Virus record (IMG/VR): IMGVR_UViG_3300003887_000051
Location: 1 to 40,040 of that record
DNA length: 40,040 nt
Source: a virus
Taxonomy: Duplodnaviria; Caudoviricetes
Strand: one strand, 5' to 3'
Positions 7,930 to 16,971 of the stretch are shown one piece after another. Within the stretch, counting starts at the first letter, position 1. Every line of letters starts with the position of its first letter. Position numbers and translations under genes: made by a program. The notes under the pieces were generated by a model, which worked only from the letters and a program-made list of their open reading frames with translations, did not search any database and had not been told where the DNA came from.

Positions 7930-9738
7930 TCAGTACCCCTCGGTGGTCATAAGGGCACTAAAAAAATTGCCACGCCGGACGGTATTTATGGAGGTATTAA
8001 GATTGTTTGAACGGCTGGTTAACCGACCAAGGGCGTCAATGTTCAACTCCAGGTTGATATCGGTTTTTCCAGCACCAGGGCGGTACGTCTCCGGATGGAA
8101 CATGTCATAGACCTGCTCTCCCATCCAGCCGCTGCCGCTGTATTTGCCGCCGGTAGCCCAGCCAGAAAGCCCGCCCAGGCCGTAATTCATCAATGTGCCG
8201 GCGCCATAGCCTGCGCCACCGGCCAGCAAGAATGGGAGCAATTCGGCACTGGCCATACCCATGGATGAGCCTGCCATCAGTTTCCAATTTCTTGCGATCC
8301 ACCCGGCCGCCCTTCCCCCATTACCCGCAGCAGCGCCACCGGCAATGCCGCCAATGGTGTCGGCCACGCCCGAGCCGCCAAGACTGGTCGGCCAGTTGGT
8401 GACGAAGACCGGAGTGATGCCGGCAGCGGCCTGGAGCGCCTTGCCTTCGGCAACGCCCATCGCCACCCCGCCAGCACCGCGCACCAGGCTGGAGATGGCT
8501 TTGCCACCATAGCGGTACGCCAGCACACTCGCAGCGGCAACCGCCGCCCCGCCGGCGAGCATCTCTTTGCCAGTAACCCCCATCCCACCGGATTTCTTAT
8601 CGTCCATTACGCGCTTCAAGAAATCGGCAGTCGCCTTGTTTATTGGTTGTACGAAGCCGTCAGCAGCCTCCCGCAGGGTGTTCTTCAGCCGGCCACCCTG
8701 GTCGATCAGGTTGGCGGTTGCCTCCTTGAAGTCTTTTTTCAGAGTGCCGCTGGCGTCCTTGATCAGCCCTGTCATGCGACCCACTTCGTTCAGATTGTTT
8801 GAGCCAAGGAGTGTCCGGATCCCCTTGATGGTGTCCAGATCCGCCTTGCCAAAAGCGGCCCCGACAAAGCTGTCGCGCTGGACATCTGTCTTCAGGCCAT
8901 CAAACTTCGCCTTGATATCCTTGAGGACTGCCAGCGGGTCGCGGCGGCTGCCGTCTTTGCCGTAGAAATTAACACCGGTGGCCTTTTGAGCTGCCCGCAT
9001 GTAGTTCAGGTTAGTGAAAACCCGCAGGGTGCTGTCAGCCAGGGTGGCCAGGCGCTCCGGCTGGCGCTCTACCTTGGACAACGCCTCGATGAAGCCAAGG
9101 GTCTTGTCGAAGCTCATACCGGCGGAGTTGGCATTGACACCGACCCGGGCAAAAATGCTGGAAAGGTTTTCCAGCTCCGCATTGCCCAGCCGCCCGGCAA
9201 CGGTCATTTTGTCCAGCAGCTCCAGGGCCTGACCCGGTTTGTCCAGGTCGAACTGGAAGGCCTGGGCCGCCACGGTGAGGCCACCGGAGAGGGTGGTGGC
9301 GTTGGCACCGGTGACGGCCATGGCGACGTTGATGCCGTCCAGGGTGGCCTTGGCTTCTCTCATGTTCAGGCCGGACTGCACCAGGGCGTCGAAGCCCCCC
9401 TTCAGGTTCTCGATGACCTGCCCCGACTCCTTGCCCATGCGGAACAGTCCACTGCGCAGGCTTGCCACCTCGCCGGCGCCGACGCCGGCGGTCTGGCCGA
9501 TCTGGATGAGAGACTTGTCCAGCTGGGCCGACTGCATCATCTGCTGGACGGCGCCAACAGTAAGGCCGATGCCGGCCAATTGGCCCTGCACCGACCCTAC
9601 GGCCCGCTTGAGCGATTCGAATTCCCGCTTCGCGCCCTGGGTGAACTTGTGGACCGCCCGGCCGGAGTCGGTCAGCTCACGCTTCATCCCCGCCGAGTTG
9701 GCCACCAGTTCCAGAAAGAGGCGCATGTTTGAATTCAT
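7930..9738 (-). CDS. Tail tape measure protein
   Basis: 602 aa, Ala/Gly-rich helical, 'TPVFVTNWP' motif; follows tail chaperone. Confidence 0.92.
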   Translation of the reverse strand: MNSNMRLFLELVANSAGMKRELTDSGRAVHKFTQGAKREFESLKRAVGSVQGQLAGIGLTVGAVQQMMQSAQLDKSLIQIGQTAGVGAGEVASLRSGLFRMGKESGQVIENLKGGFDALVQSGLNMREAKATLDGINVAMAVTGANATTLSGGLTVAAQAFQFDLDKPGQALELLDKMTVAGRLGNAELENLSSIFARVGVNANSAGMSFDKTLGFIEALSKVERQPERLATLADSTLRVFTNLNYMRAAQKATGVNFYGKDGSRRDPLAVLKDIKAKFDGLKTDVQRDSFVGAAFGKADLDTIKGIRTLLGSNNLNEVGRMTGLIKDASGTLKKDFKEATANLIDQGGRLKNTLREAADGFVQPINKATADFLKRVMDDKKSGGMGVTGKEMLAGGAAVAAASVLAYRYGGKAISSLVRGAGGVAMGVAEGKALQAAAGITPVFVTNWPTSLGGSGVADTIGGIAGGAAAGNGGRAAGWIARNWKLMAGSSMGMASAELLPFLLAGGAGYGAGTLMNYGLGGLSGWATGGKYSGSGWMGEQVYDMFHPETYRPGAGKTDINLELNIDALGRLTSRSNNLNTSINTVRRGNFFSALMTTEGY

Positions 9739-9905
9739 CGCTTCACCTTGTAGGTTTTGCCCTTGCGGGGCGGTTTAACCAGATCATTGAAAGCGGCGAC
9801 CATGGCGGCAACTTCGCCCTCGGCCATGGTCATGATGGTCGGGTAGTCAATCCCCATGCGCAGCAGGACTATCAGGTCCTGGCGGAGCGGCTTGAGCCGC
9901 GTCTC
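9735..9905 (-). CDS. Frameshift-accessed C-terminal part of tail assembly chaperone (G-T type)
   Basis: +1-frame ORF overlapping the chaperone, entered at GCC TTT CGA (9912-9904); its stop overlaps the tape measure ATG. Confidence 0.65.
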   Translation of the reverse strand, partial: ETRLKPLRQDLIVLLRMGIDYPTIMTMAEGEVAAMVAAFNDLVKPPRKGKTYKVKR

Positions 9906-10203
9906 GAAAGGCTTTCCGTTGCTGTTCCAGGGTGCTGGCGACCCGGGCCAGTTCGTCGCCATCGACGCCGGACAGCTCCAGGATCATGTCCGGAGTGACC
10001 GGGACCGGCAGCAGGTTGACCTTCAAACGCCGGGCGAGGATCGCCGCCTGGTAATAGACGGGATCCTCCAGGCGCTTGACGTCGGTGGTCGGGTCACTGG
10101 CCAGTTCCATGGTGTGGCGGAACTGGTGCTCGGTAAGGGTGATTTCACGATAGCAGATGCCGTCGACGACAATCCCCTCGGGAAAGGTGCCGGTCAGCTG
10201 CAT
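9847..10203 (-). CDS. Tail assembly chaperone, Mu gp41-like
   Basis: Between tube and tape measure genes; 'FPEGIVVDG...LSGVDGDEL'. Confidence 0.82.
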   Translation of the reverse strand: MQLTGTFPEGIVVDGICYREITLTEHQFRHTMELASDPTTDVKRLEDPVYYQAAILARRLKVNLLPVPVTPDMILELSGVDGDELARVASTLEQQRKAFRDAAQAAPPGPDSPAAHGD

Positions 10204-10556
10204 CAGATTCTCCCCTTGGCGCCGAACTTGATGGTGCGGGTGGCCTCGTTGTCGCCGTCATACTTGGTGTCGCCCACTTCAAGCGTGGCAACGCCTGTAT
10301 AGGTGGTGGTCTCGCCGTTCATGAAGGTGATGACCAGGGTGGCGCCGACGACACTGTCGAAATCGAATTCAGCGCCGTCCTCGGGTACCACGTACTCCAC
10401 TTCGCAGCCGTGGCGCGGGGTCACGTCCATGAACCCGGTCTTGTTCATCAGGTTGACCGGTTTGCGAAGGGTGTATCCACCCTCGGTGAAACTATTGAAA
10501 TCGGTGATCTCCTGGCCGTTGACACTGAGCAGGATTTTGGAAACGTAATCAGCCAT
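10203..10556 (-). CDS. Tail tube protein
   Basis: 117 aa beta-rich protein directly after sheath; GGAGG RBS. Confidence 0.8.
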   Translation of the reverse strand: MADYVSKILLSVNGQEITDFNSFTEGGYTLRKPVNLMNKTGFMDVTPRHGCEVEYVVPEDGAEFDFDSVVGATLVITFMNGETTTYTGVATLEVGDTKYDGDNEATRTIKFGAKGRI

Positions 10557-10582
10557 GGGGTTGAACCTCCCTTAAATGATGG

Positions 10583-12010
10583 TTACAGCAGTAGATCGAT
10601 GCGGCCCGCGAAGACGTGCAGGCCATTGACGATGTCGGTGGGGATCTTGGCGTTGAGCCGGTTCGGGTCCTGCAGATCACGCTCGACGATGACCCCGGCG
10701 GCGTTGTCGGCAACGGCTTCGACGATCTCCAGTTCTTCCAGCAGCCGCAGGACGTCGAGGATCTCACCCTTGACCCGGCCGGCGGTCCTGGTGGAGAGCT
10801 TTTCCCGGGGGAAGCGGAGCGCGATCCGCTCGCGCACGGCCCGGCGGACATAGTCCAGGGTGCGAATCGTGGTGATGTCCAGGAGGCTGATATCCGGGGT
10901 GTTGGCGCCGTCCTTGGTGTAGGTGGAGATGGCGCGGACAATGCCGACCTTGTCGCCGGGCTGCACTTCCAGTGGAGAGGCGCCGTTGTTGAGGCAGCTT
11001 TCCTGCTCGGCGCGGGTTAGGCGCTGGTCAACGGTGGGGGCGTGGATGCCGGTGAGGGTCAGGGTATTGAGGGGCCGGGCCGGATCCTCTTCGGAGGCAA
11101 CGACCGAACCGAGGGCGGCGGCCAACTCGAAGGCCGGGCTCTTGGTGCCCCGCAGGTAGCCCATGCAGATGCGGCCGGAGTTGGCGGCAATGGTGATGGT
11201 GGTGCAGCTGGCCAGGGCGCCGACGTAGCCGAGGACGCCGATGCCGGGCTTCTGCTCCATGGGTCCGGAGTAGGTGTCCAGGTGGGTGATCAGCTTGGTG
11301 ATATCCACGGTGGCGTTGTAGGGGGAGATGACGATGTCGTACTGTTCGCCGGCAACCTTGGGCAGGCCGGTGGCGGCAGAGAGGTCCGGGTCCAGGGCGC
11401 CGGTGACGCCGTTGGCAATGACCACGGTGGTACCGGTAACGTTGACCAGCTCGTAGGCCATGCTGATCTGGTTGCCGACGGTGCCGGCATTGCGAGCGGT
11501 GAGGGTGACGACGTTGCTGGCCACGCCGGCGGTTACCGGCAGGTCCGGATACTTGGCGATCTCGGCGTTCAGGGCGGTGGCGACGGCGGTGTTGGCGTCG
11601 CCGTTGGTCACGGAGAACTCCACGGCCTGGTTGCCGATCCAGAGGCGGAAGGCACCGGCCTTGGTGGCGGCGTTGGTGATGGTGACCGTCCAGGTGGCCT
11701 TGGTGGAGCCGTTATCGTCCAGGGGCAGCACGGTCAGGTCGAGGTAGGGGTTGGCCTTGATGGCGGCCCGCACCATCCGGTGGGCCAGGGAGCCGATGCC
11801 GAAATAGGTGCTGGCCTCGGCGTCACTGAAGACGGTGGTGACCGTGCCGGCAGTGACCGTGCCGACGCTGGTGCGCTGGGCAACGATCAGTACCCGCTGG
11901 CGGTTGGCCGGCAGGGTGCGTACCGCGAGGGCGGTATTGAATTCGAAGTACTTCCCCGGCTTGCGGATGGAGCTGGGGATGTTGGCGAAGCTGACGTTTT
12001 TCGATGCCAT
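10583..12010 (-). CDS. Tail sheath protein, Mu gpL-like
   Basis: 'IPSSIRKPGKYFEFN', 'DPARPLNTL', 'RAISTY', 'LDITTIRTLDYVR', 'VNGLHVFAG'. Confidence 0.96.
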   Translation of the reverse strand: MASKNVSFANIPSSIRKPGKYFEFNTALAVRTLPANRQRVLIVAQRTSVGTVTAGTVTTVFSDAEASTYFGIGSLAHRMVRAAIKANPYLDLTVLPLDDNGSTKATWTVTITNAATKAGAFRLWIGNQAVEFSVTNGDANTAVATALNAEIAKYPDLPVTAGVASNVVTLTARNAGTVGNQISMAYELVNVTGTTVVIANGVTGALDPDLSAATGLPKVAGEQYDIVISPYNATVDITKLITHLDTYSGPMEQKPGIGVLGYVGALASCTTITIAANSGRICMGYLRGTKSPAFELAAALGSVVASEEDPARPLNTLTLTGIHAPTVDQRLTRAEQESCLNNGASPLEVQPGDKVGIVRAISTYTKDGANTPDISLLDITTIRTLDYVRRAVRERIALRFPREKLSTRTAGRVKGEILDVLRLLEELEIVEAVADNAAGVIVERDLQDPNRLNAKIPTDIVNGLHVFAGRIDLLL

Positions 12011-12189
12011 TACTGGTCACCTCCTTTGGGCTTCATGACGGGTGCCGGGACTTCCACCAGGCTGCCGTCGGCAATCAGGCGGAGGTTGTAGCTGGTCGGT
12101 TCGACCTCGACCGCCTCGGCATCGGTAATGTGCTCACGTGGGTTTTCTTCCCGGGGGCAGAGGAGCCCGGGAGCGGCTTTTACAAACAT
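12010..12189 (-). CDS. Mu gp38-like small protein (DUF2635)
   Basis: 'MFVKAAPGLLCPRE...YNLRLIADGSLV'; AAGGAGG RBS; precedes sheath. Confidence 0.85.
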   Translation of the reverse strand: MFVKAAPGLLCPREENPREHITDAEAVEVEPTSYNLRLIADGSLVEVPAPVMKPKGGDQ

Positions 12190-12214
12190 ATGAACCTCCT
12201 TGATGGTCAAACTG

Positions 12215-12727
12215 TTACTGCCAGATTCCGTCGAATACGGTGATGAATTCATTGCTATAACGGAACATTCTCGGCATGGGGAGCACCTCCGGTGTCTGGG
12301 TCAGCGGGTAGCCGTTTTCGCTGAAGGCATCGTTCGGCAATTCTGCGCAGGTATAGGCGTCCGAGTCGTCTACCCACCGGCGGCAGGTCAGACCGAAGAC
12401 GAAGCCGAACAACCACTGTTTAAAGTCGTATTTAACCCCAGTTTTACGCTGGGTGCGGTTGTAGAGATCCATCACCCATCTGACCAGGTGCCAATGGTCG
12501 AAGTTCCAACGATAGCGGTGAATTGTTACTCGCCGCCCCGCGTAATGGTCGATGTTGCGGACCTTCATGCCGGCAAATTCGGGACTAATACCGTCGCCGG
12601 AACTGTTCATGATGGTGAAGCAGTGGACCCCGGCATCAAGCCCGCGCCAGCGGATCAGCCAGTGATGGGGCATGAACCATTGACCGTCGATGACCACGAT
12701 ATCCATGGGCTGGAGGGTCGGTTTCAT
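12215..12727 (-). CDS. Permuted papain-like (NlpC/P60, YaeF/YiiX-like) enzyme
   Basis: 'LQPMDIV', His in 'GVHC' precedes 'GVKYD' and Cys in 'YTCAEL'; ATGA overlap with upstream gene. Confidence 0.65.
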   Translation of the reverse strand: MKPTLQPMDIVVIDGQWFMPHHWLIRWRGLDAGVHCFTIMNSSGDGISPEFAGMKVRNIDHYAGRRVTIHRYRWNFDHWHLVRWVMDLYNRTQRKTGVKYDFKQWLFGFVFGLTCRRWVDDSDAYTCAELPNDAFSENGYPLTQTPEVLPMPRMFRYSNEFITVFDGIWQ

Positions 12728-13332
12728 AGGCCGCAAAACTCCCGGTAAGCCGCTGGCAGATTTAATAACGATTCAACGAACTGCATGCCTGGTATCACCG
12801 TATAGGCCAGTCGCAGGTACTCCTGCTCGATGGCGTAGCTGGTGGGGTTAACCCGACGGTTCTCATTGATGATGTACTGGGCAAAGTAGTCCGCCGTCAT
12901 GCCGAACTTCTGCCCGAACCCGGTCAGATAGACGGTGGCGGTTTTACCGTCCTTCATGATTTCCGCGCTGCCCAGGCCATTCAGGTGGGCGACGGCGGCC
13001 CGGTAATTTTCATCGTACACCGCGAGCACACCGGCATTTTTCACCGCCAACCCCAGGGCAGTGGCCCGAGTGTCTTTGATGTCGGCTACGACGCTAGGCT
13101 TGAGGTAGGGACAGGCGGCCAACACCTCGGCATCAGTGGCGCTGCCGCCAGCATAGAGCTCCACCCGGCGGCCGGGAACGTCACCCTCCAGTCCGGAGAG
13201 GTCGGCATACAGGCAGGCGGTTTCCGGGCGCAGACCCACCGGCAGCGGTTCGCGGCGGGACTCTGGCCCCAGTGCGCCCTGGACAACGATGTGCCCCAGC
13301 TTTGGGAATTGGACGATGGTGTACATGCTCAT
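12724..13332 (-). CDS. Hypothetical protein (possible fibre chaperone)
   Basis: Coupled ORF with AGGAG RBS and ATGA overlaps at both ends. Confidence 0.6.
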   Translation of the reverse strand: MSMYTIVQFPKLGHIVVQGALGPESRREPLPVGLRPETACLYADLSGLEGDVPGRRVELYAGGSATDAEVLAACPYLKPSVVADIKDTRATALGLAVKNAGVLAVYDENYRAAVAHLNGLGSAEIMKDGKTATVYLTGFGQKFGMTADYFAQYIINENRRVNPTSYAIEQEYLRLAYTVIPGMQFVESLLNLPAAYREFCGL

Positions 13333-13574
13333 GGCTCCTGGTATGGCGGGAACGGTGGGCAAGTTCCCCATTCGGCCGGGCGGCGGTTCAGCACGGTACC
13401 CTCCGGCGGGTAGTTGCGGATGTAGGTGTCGGTGGTGGCCCTCAGGCAGGGCTCCTCACCCCAGGCCGGCGGCGGTTGCGGTTTCCAGCCGGCCACCAGC
13501 AGCGCTAAAATAAATAGAATGGCTCCGAACAACAGCATCATGATCAGGTAGTCGTGATCGTCGCTATGTCTCAT
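13329..13574 (-). CDS. Small single-pass membrane protein
   Basis: 'YLIMMLLFGAILFILALLVAGW' hydrophobic segment; ATGA overlaps at both ends. Confidence 0.6.
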   Translation of the reverse strand: MRHSDDHDYLIMMLLFGAILFILALLVAGWKPQPPPAWGEEPCLRATTDTYIRNYPPEGTVLNRRPAEWGTCPPFPPYQEP

Positions 13575-14941
13575 TGGATCACCAGCTTGTTGACAATCAG
13601 CGCCTGATCGTTGGCGGAGTAGCGACCGAAGCCGGAGAAACTGCCGCCGTTGTTCCATTGCACCTGACGGCTGCTGCCGCCCGGCGTTCCCCCACCAGCG
13701 CCGCAGGTAGTCCAGTAGCGGCGGCCATTGGTATCGGCAGCGAGGCATTGGCCGTTGCTGCCGGGCTGGCCTTCAGCACCGACCCAGCGGCCGGAGCTGA
13801 ATATCTGGAAACCGATGGTGGTGCCGTCACGGCGGAAGGTCTGAATAGTGGCGGTGGTGGCGTTGACGAAGACCCGGCGCAGGCTGTTCTTGTCGGCCAG
13901 GGTGACCTGCCCGGCGAGGTCGGCCCGGAAGCGGGTAACGCCGGACTGGTCCAGCAGCAGCAGGGTGCCGTCGGTCTGGATCTTGGCCAACACCCAGCCG
14001 TTGGCATCCTTGAAATACTGGTAGCCCTGGGCGTCGATGTAGTTGCGCACGCTGCCGCCATACTCGCGCACGGAGAACATCTCCGTGGTGGGGCTGCTGG
14101 TGGCCGGCTGCAGGGTGACGGCGGTGTTGCTCGGTTCGGCCAGGTGGGTGGTGATGTCGCCACGGGTGAGGTTGCTTAAGTCACCGGGGATGCCCTGAAT
14201 GCCTTGCGCCCCGATCTTAGTGGCGGCAATAGGGGCGACGGCCCGGCAGTTCATGCCGCCATAGGTGAGGTCAACGGCGATCCAGTTGTTGCTCTTGCTG
14301 GCGGAATAGATGCCGAAGCGGGTTGGGCTGAAACTCGCCTGGGTGCTGTACTGGCCCATGGCCAGCAAGGTGTTGCTGCCGGGCAGCCGCCAGTGGTAGG
14401 TGGCGGGAGTTACCGGCGTATTCTGAACGTAGAGCTTGGCGGTGTAGGGGAACATGGCCGGTACCGGCAGCAGGCCGTACTGGTCATAGGTCCAGGCCAG
14501 TGGGCCAGAATCAATCCAGCAGGTGAGGGCCGGGGTTCCGGTGGCTCCATCAAAGCCATCATAGCCGCGTGGACCCTGGGGGCCGACGGGGATGGAAACG
14601 ATTTTGGCATGGGTGGCGGTAGAAAAGTTGTTGAACTGGGGCAGCTGGATAAAGCTCTGCTGCTGCCAGGTGCCGGAGGCGAGGCGATAGTATTTGTCCC
14701 ACTGGGTGGCGTAGACCAGCATACCATCGGCCCGGCGGGTCAAGGGGATTTGGCTGACGCTGGTGGACTGCGCCTGGATGTAGCCGCCCTTGCCGTATTT
14801 CGCCTCATGGGAGGGGTAGGTGTCGGCATCGGTGAACGGCACCACCGGGGCGGCGATGTTGGTGCCGGTGAGGGCAGCGCCGTAGCTGATGGCGGCGACC
14901 AGGGCAGTCAATGCGGCGGCGATGAGCAGGTCACGTTTCAT
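13571..14941 (-). CDS. Signal-peptide-bearing fibre-like protein with short collagen repeats
   Basis: 'MKRDLLIAAALTALVAAISYGA' signal; GPQGPRGYDGFDGATG and GAQGIQGIPG; beta-repeat C-terminus; 'PGGSSRQVQWNNGGSFSG'. Confidence 0.7.
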   Translation of the reverse strand: MKRDLLIAAALTALVAAISYGAALTGTNIAAPVVPFTDADTYPSHEAKYGKGGYIQAQSTSVSQIPLTRRADGMLVYATQWDKYYRLASGTWQQQSFIQLPQFNNFSTATHAKIVSIPVGPQGPRGYDGFDGATGTPALTCWIDSGPLAWTYDQYGLLPVPAMFPYTAKLYVQNTPVTPATYHWRLPGSNTLLAMGQYSTQASFSPTRFGIYSASKSNNWIAVDLTYGGMNCRAVAPIAATKIGAQGIQGIPGDLSNLTRGDITTHLAEPSNTAVTLQPATSSPTTEMFSVREYGGSVRNYIDAQGYQYFKDANGWVLAKIQTDGTLLLLDQSGVTRFRADLAGQVTLADKNSLRRVFVNATTATIQTFRRDGTTIGFQIFSSGRWVGAEGQPGSNGQCLAADTNGRRYWTTCGAGGGTPGGSSRQVQWNNGGSFSGFGRYSANDQALIVNKLVIQ

Positions 14942-14942
14942 A

Positions 14943-16055
14943 TCAATCCCAGACCACGGCCACAGCCGCCCCGGTTTGGATGTTGTTGAACTGGTAGACG
15001 TAGTAGTTGGTGGTGGATCCGCTAGCGTTGGTGTGGCTGATGGTGCGGTAGCTGTAATCGGAAAACGCCAGGCCGCCCACGGTGGTGGCGGTGAGGGTGC
15101 CGGCCGTCGCGACAAAGGCAAAAGTGGGGTAGCGGCCGCCGGTACAGTCGTAGGTCACTGACTTGCTATGGCTGGTACTGAACTCGCTGCTGGCCAATGC
15201 CAGTATGTTTGCGCTGGTGAACGAGGCCAGGGGGATGGTGCTGGCTCCCCAATGCCGATAGCGGCTGAAACTGACGGTGGTTGTTCCGGTTCGGGGGGTG
15301 GTGCCATCGCTGATAGATACGGTGTAGGTGCGGTTGCTGGTGATGCTTTGCCCGCTGTGGGTATAGGTGCGCAGGGCAGTACTGATGCTGCCGATACCGT
15401 TGTCGATTGACTGTGAAGTGAGGGTTTTATTGCCGAGAGCAATAGTCCAGTTAAGCACAACACTAGCAATCGTCTGGCCGGTCTCATAGGTGCCCCCTCC
15501 TGATACAGACGGTGACCCGGGAGCCACGTAGAGCAGCTGATCCAGGGCGGCGCCTACGGTGGTGTAGGTCGGATTGCTGTAGCTGATGTCGGTGGCAGCG
15601 GTGGCGTGGGGGTTGCCGACGGCCACAATGTGACCCTGAATATTGCTGTTGGCTGGCTCGTAGGTACCAGTGTGGCCGTGGCTGATGGCCGCCTTGTTGT
15701 CGAGGGCGGATTGCAGGTCAGCCTGGTCGCTGAGAGTGCCGATGATGCTCCCCCAGGTACCGCCGCCCCCTTCGCCGGAGGTGGTCGCGCCGGGGATCCC
15801 CTGGGGACCGGGCACGGCAATCTCGACGGTTTCGGTACCGGTAACGCTCACCACCGCATTGACGGTGACGGTTTCCGGAGTGACCACGGTGGTTGCCGGC
15901 TGGACAGTGATCTGCTGGCTGGGGGCGGTGACGGTGACCGAGACCGTCTCGGCCTTAGCCAGACGGACACCGGCGAAAATGGCGACAACAATCATCACGA
16001 TCGCAACCGCCAGTGCCCCGTCCCAGCAGTAATCAGTGAGATCTTTACCGGTCAT
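14943..16055 (-). CDS. Signal/TM-bearing fibre-like protein
   Basis: 'ALAVAIVMIVVAIFAGVRLAKA' hydrophobic N-terminus; PGPQGIPG; 'WGSIIGTLSDQADLQSALDNKA' fibre-type motif; Thr/Ser-rich beta C-terminus. Confidence 0.7.
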   Translation of the reverse strand: MTGKDLTDYCWDGALAVAIVMIVVAIFAGVRLAKAETVSVTVTAPSQQITVQPATTVVTPETVTVNAVVSVTGTETVEIAVPGPQGIPGATTSGEGGGGTWGSIIGTLSDQADLQSALDNKAAISHGHTGTYEPANSNIQGHIVAVGNPHATAATDISYSNPTYTTVGAALDQLLYVAPGSPSVSGGGTYETGQTIASVVLNWTIALGNKTLTSQSIDNGIGSISTALRTYTHSGQSITSNRTYTVSISDGTTPRTGTTTVSFSRYRHWGASTIPLASFTSANILALASSEFSTSHSKSVTYDCTGGRYPTFAFVATAGTLTATTVGGLAFSDYSYRTISHTNASGSTTNYYVYQFNNIQTGAAVAVVWD

Positions 16056-16444
16056 CGGGTTACGGTCTCCAGAATACGGATGGTGCCCTTGAGGCGATAG
16101 CTGACCTTGCCATCGGGGGCGGTCTGCATCAGATCGTACACGCCAGCGGCGCTGGCATTGGCGGCAGTGGTGGTGCGGTGCAGCCAGTGGCGGGTCTGGC
16201 CCGCAGCAGCGTTGGTGACGACTGAGGACATGACCAGGAATGGGGTCACTGCGGTCGCGTTCTTCTTGGCGGCCAGGCGAAACTGGTACCCGGTGAGGTT
16301 GATCGGCTGCCCGCCGGCCTTATGGGTCAGGTTGAGGACATAATCCTCATTGGCATAAATGACCAGGTCGAAGGCTCCGGGATCCAGGGCCAGGGCCAGG
16401 GTCGGAATCAGCAACAATGCAGCGATAATAGTGAGCCGTTTCAT
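16052..16444 (-). CDS. Signal-peptide-bearing adaptor-like beta-sandwich protein (BppU-N-like)
   Basis: 'MKRLTIIAALLLIPTLALA' signal; 'PINLTGY...GVYDL...LKGTIRI...VTR'. Confidence 0.65.
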   Translation of the reverse strand: MKRLTIIAALLLIPTLALALDPGAFDLVIYANEDYVLNLTHKAGGQPINLTGYQFRLAAKKNATAVTPFLVMSSVVTNAAAGQTRHWLHRTTTAANASAAGVYDLMQTAPDGKVSYRLKGTIRILETVTR

Positions 16445-16971
16445 GCTCCCTCCATGGTGAGGGTGTCTTCAGCGTCGGCGACGGTGTCGCCGGGCTCCAG
16501 GTAGTATGTCAAGCCGACTTCCAGCAGATCGGTGATCTCTTCGTCGGACTGTTTTTTAAAGGTAAATGAGGTGGAGAACTGGAGCAGGTAGACAATCTTG
16601 TGCTCCTGGTAATCCTCGTCGTCGGTTACTTCCCGAAAGCTCACCGGCTGCAGCTCGGTCATGTCCAGGCCAAGGTCGTTTCCGCTCAAGAGCTGGATGA
16701 TTCCCATGACCAGCGGGTTGACTCCCTTGCGCCGATCCTCCTCGCCCCGCTCGTTCTTGAGGGTAAGAAGCACATTGAGCGTGACCGTCTGCTTCCACTT
16801 GTCCGCGATGCGGGTGAATGATCCTTCGAAAATGGCGGCACTGACGACCGGCCCGGCATAGGCACCCTGGGTGCCCTTCTGATTGACGGCGGCGCGGAGG
16901 GTCAACCGGCCGGTGATCGCGGCCAGGGCAGACAGTTCGATGTCGGTACAGCTGGCGATCGGCGTTTTCAT
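16441..16971 (-). CDS. Mu gp37-like neck/tail-completion protein (DUF1834-like)
   Basis: Follows gp36; 'QLLSGNDLGLDMTELQP', acidic C-terminus. Confidence 0.75.
   Translation of the reverse strand: MKTPIASCTDIELSALAAITGRLTLRAAVNQKGTQGAYAGPVVSAAIFEGSFTRIADKWKQTVTLNVLLTLKNERGEEDRRKGVNPLVMGIIQLLSGNDLGLDMTELQPVSFREVTDDEDYQEHKIVYLLQFSTSFTFKKQSDEEITDLLEVGLTYYLEPGDTVADAEDTLTMEGA

Noticed and set aside
9910-9918. CGGAAAG as a lambda-type -1 slippery site
   Set aside because: Not a proper X XXY YYZ heptamer in the chaperone frame, and the open downstream frame is +1, not -1.
13571-15121. ORF-track N-terminal extensions (starts at 15121, 33989, 26966, 27088, 31119, 29074, 39199, 807)
   Set aside because: They overlap upstream genes or regulatory DNA; downstream starts with an RBS, translational coupling or promoter support fit better.
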